From: Deltaproteobacteria bacterium
GTDB lineage: Bacteria; Myxococcota_A; Polyangia; Haliangiales; Haliangiaceae
Reading direction: 5' to 3'
NCBI GenBank assembly: GCA_019237945.1
Contig: JAFAOG010000040.1
Span: 1 to 61,787 of the forward strand
DNA: 61,787 nt
A model generated the notes under the pieces. The model worked only from the letters and a program-made list of their open reading frames with translations. It was not told the origin of the DNA and ran no database searches. Positions 60,227 to 61,787 of the stretch are shown one piece after another (position 1 is the first letter of the stretch; every line of letters begins with the position of its first letter). A program made the position numbers and the translations under genes.

Positions 60227-60273
60227 GCCAGACGAAACGCACGACACCGCCATTGGGTCTATGCTTGGGCAAG

Positions 60274-61260
60274 ATGAAAGCGGCGGTGCTCGCGGTCGTG
60301 CTCCTGGCGTGCAGCTCGCCGGGCAAGCACATCGACGCGCCCGCATCGGCGTGGTCGCAGGGCAGCGACGTGCCGAAGCCGCGCCTCGAGCCGGGCGTGA
60401 CGGCGCTCGGGCAGCGGATGATTGTCGTCGGCGGGTTCGACACAGATCTGCAGGCGGGCCTCGACATCACGAAGCGCGTCGACGTCTATGACGCGGGGAC
60501 GGACTCGTGGTCGGAGCTGCCCGATGCGCCGGTCGCGTGGACGCACATCCAGCTCGCCGGGCTCGGCACGCGCGTGTACTTGCTCGGTGGGCTCGAAGGA
60601 CAGAGCTACACGGCGAAGGGCGATTGCTTCGTGCTCGACACGGCCGACGCGACGCCGGCGTGGCAACCGATCGCGCCGATTCCGCCGGGGTTCGAGCGTG
60701 GGTCGGCCGCGGTCGTCGTCGCGATGCCGCGGATCTACTTGCTCGGCGGCGCGAGCACGACCGGCGCGGTCGCGACGAACATCTACTACGACGTGCAGGC
60801 GAACATGTGGGCGCAGCTGATGCCCGACTTGCCGATGGCGCGATCGCATCCGGCCGGGATGCGCACCGTCGACGGGCGCTTGATCGTCGCCGGCGGGCTC
60901 GCGACGCTCGATGCAACGCAGCCGGCGAAGGACGTGTGGTCGCTCGTGCCGACCGGCACGATGTGGGAGACCAAGGCGCCGATGCCGACGGCGCGCGGCG
61001 GCTGCGCGTACGGCGTGATCCAGGGCCAGCTCATCTGTGCGGGCGGCGAGGCGGGGCAGGCCGCGCAATCGACGACGGCGAGCTACGACCCGCTCGGCGA
61101 TGTGTGGACGACCGTCGAGGACATGCCGGAGTCGCGCGCGGGTACGCAGGGCGCCGCGATCGGCAGCCGGCTGTTCGTGCCCGGCGGCGCGGCGGCGCTC
61201 GTCTTCGAGCCGACCTCGACGCTCTACATCTATTCGCCGCTCGACACCGCGGCTCGATAG
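60274..61260 (+). CDS. Kelch-repeat lipoprotein
   Basis: Start at MKAAVLAVVLLAC (lipobox). About six repeats of the type R..VVGG....(D)VY(D)...W..(L)P. Confidence 0.85.
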   Translation: MKAAVLAVVLLACSSPGKHIDAPASAWSQGSDVPKPRLEPGVTALGQRMIVVGGFDTDLQAGLDITKRVDVYDAGTDSWSELPDAPVAWTHIQLAGLGTRVYLLGGLEGQSYTAKGDCFVLDTADATPAWQPIAPIPPGFERGSAAVVVAMPRIYLLGGASTTGAVATNIYYDVQANMWAQLMPDLPMARSHPAGMRTVDGRLIVAGGLATLDATQPAKDVWSLVPTGTMWETKAPMPTARGGCAYGVIQGQLICAGGEAGQAAQSTTASYDPLGDVWTTVEDMPESRAGTQGAAIGSRLFVPGGAAALVFEPTSTLYIYSPLDTAAR

Positions 61261-61293
61261 ATCCTTGGCCACCGTCGTGCGTCGATAGCGCAC

Positions 61294-61787
61294 ATGTGGC
61301 TTCACATCCTCGCGTTCTGCGGGTTCTACGTCGGCGGCGCCGGCCAGAAGATGTTCAACAACGCGACCGAGGTCGTGCTGATGCGACACGGCACGACGAC
61401 CGTGCTGTCGATGGAGAACAACTACCAGGGCCCACCGTCGGACTTCGCGATGGTCGTGCCGGTGCCGGTCGTCGTCAAAGAGAACCAGGTCAAGACGCTC
61501 GATCGCGCCGTGTTCGACAAGGTCGACACGCTCGGCGCGCCGCGGCTCGTCGAGTACTGGGAGCACGACCCGTGCACGCCGTATTACGACGAGGATCAGA
61601 TGATGCTCGCGCCGACCGCGGTGCGCGAGGAAGCGGACGACGAGGACGCCGAGGTCGAGAAGAAGGAGTACCACGTCAAGATCGAGGCGAAGTTCTCCGT
61701 CGGCGAGTACAACATCGTCGTGCTGTCGGCCGAGCAGTCGACGGGCCTCGACCGCTGGCTGCGCGATCACCACTACACGATCCCGCC
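61294..61787 (+). CDS. DUF2330-like protein, 3' end cut by the window edge
   Basis: Absent from the ORF track because it is open-ended. My hand translation of frame 1 from the ATG at 61294 is MWLHILAFCGFYVGGAGQKMFNNATEVVLMRHGTTTVLSMENNYQGPPSDFAMVVPVP... This resembles the DUF2330 N-terminus. High G/C third positions. Confidence 0.7.
   Translation, partial: MWLHILAFCGFYVGGAGQKMFNNATEVVLMRHGTTTVLSMENNYQGPPSDFAMVVPVPVVVKENQVKTLDRAVFDKVDTLGAPRLVEYWEHDPCTPYYDEDQMMLAPTAVREEADDEDAEVEKKEYHVKIEAKFSVGEYNIVVLSAEQSTGLDRWLRDHHYTIP

Overview
Very GC-rich, gene-dense chromosomal DNA. Third codon positions are almost always G/C, and every real gene carries long antisense shadow ORFs. The content (many lipoproteins, a Ser/Thr kinase, an FHA domain, multihaem cytochromes) suggests a Myxococcota/deltaproteobacterial genome; this is inference only. 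I support about 58 protein-coding genes, two truncated by the window edges. I saw no rRNA, tRNA, CRISPR array, transposase or integrase.

Main blocks:
1. 2.9-12.3 kb: a redox island. Its core is a minus-strand operon (3644-10355) in which every gene junction is an ATGA/GTGA start-stop overlap. It encodes a polytopic membrane protein, a cytochrome with about 23 haem motifs, a 10-haem cytochrome interrupted by an in-frame TGA exactly at a haem-binding Cys position, a 536-aa putative outer-membrane barrel, a small multihaem lipoprotein, and a membrane-anchored ferredoxin/flavin oxidoreductase. A poly-Gly-tethered cytochrome lipoprotein and a di-haem peroxidase-like lipoprotein flank it.
2. 13.5-23.9 kb: a candidate non-canonical RiPP/bacteriocin locus. 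A Cys-free precursor with a double-glycine leader lies divergent from arylamine N-acetyltransferase, a GAF-HlyD fusion, a C39-peptidase ABC exporter, a second adaptor, a full-length LanB-type dehydratase and a Ser/Thr kinase. The last five genes are chained by 4-nt overlaps and no LanC cyclase is present. A paralogous precursor-like gene sits 11 kb away at 2123-2422.
3. 24-42 kb: housekeeping and envelope genes, including a TonB-dependent receptor, base-excision repair enzymes, an acyltransferase and an M28 peptidase.
4. 42.6-46.4 kb: a palindromic four-copy repeat element, followed by a translationally coupled pair of a trypsin-like protease-FHA protein and an AAA+ ATPase.
5. 47-61.8 kb: a vWA protein, a NitT/TauT-type ABC importer, repair and phosphoesterase genes, lipoproteins, three small beta-barrel OMP genes, a Kelch protein and a DUF2330 gene.

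Functional calls rest on motifs I could read in the translations. No database search was run. Several start codons are uncertain.
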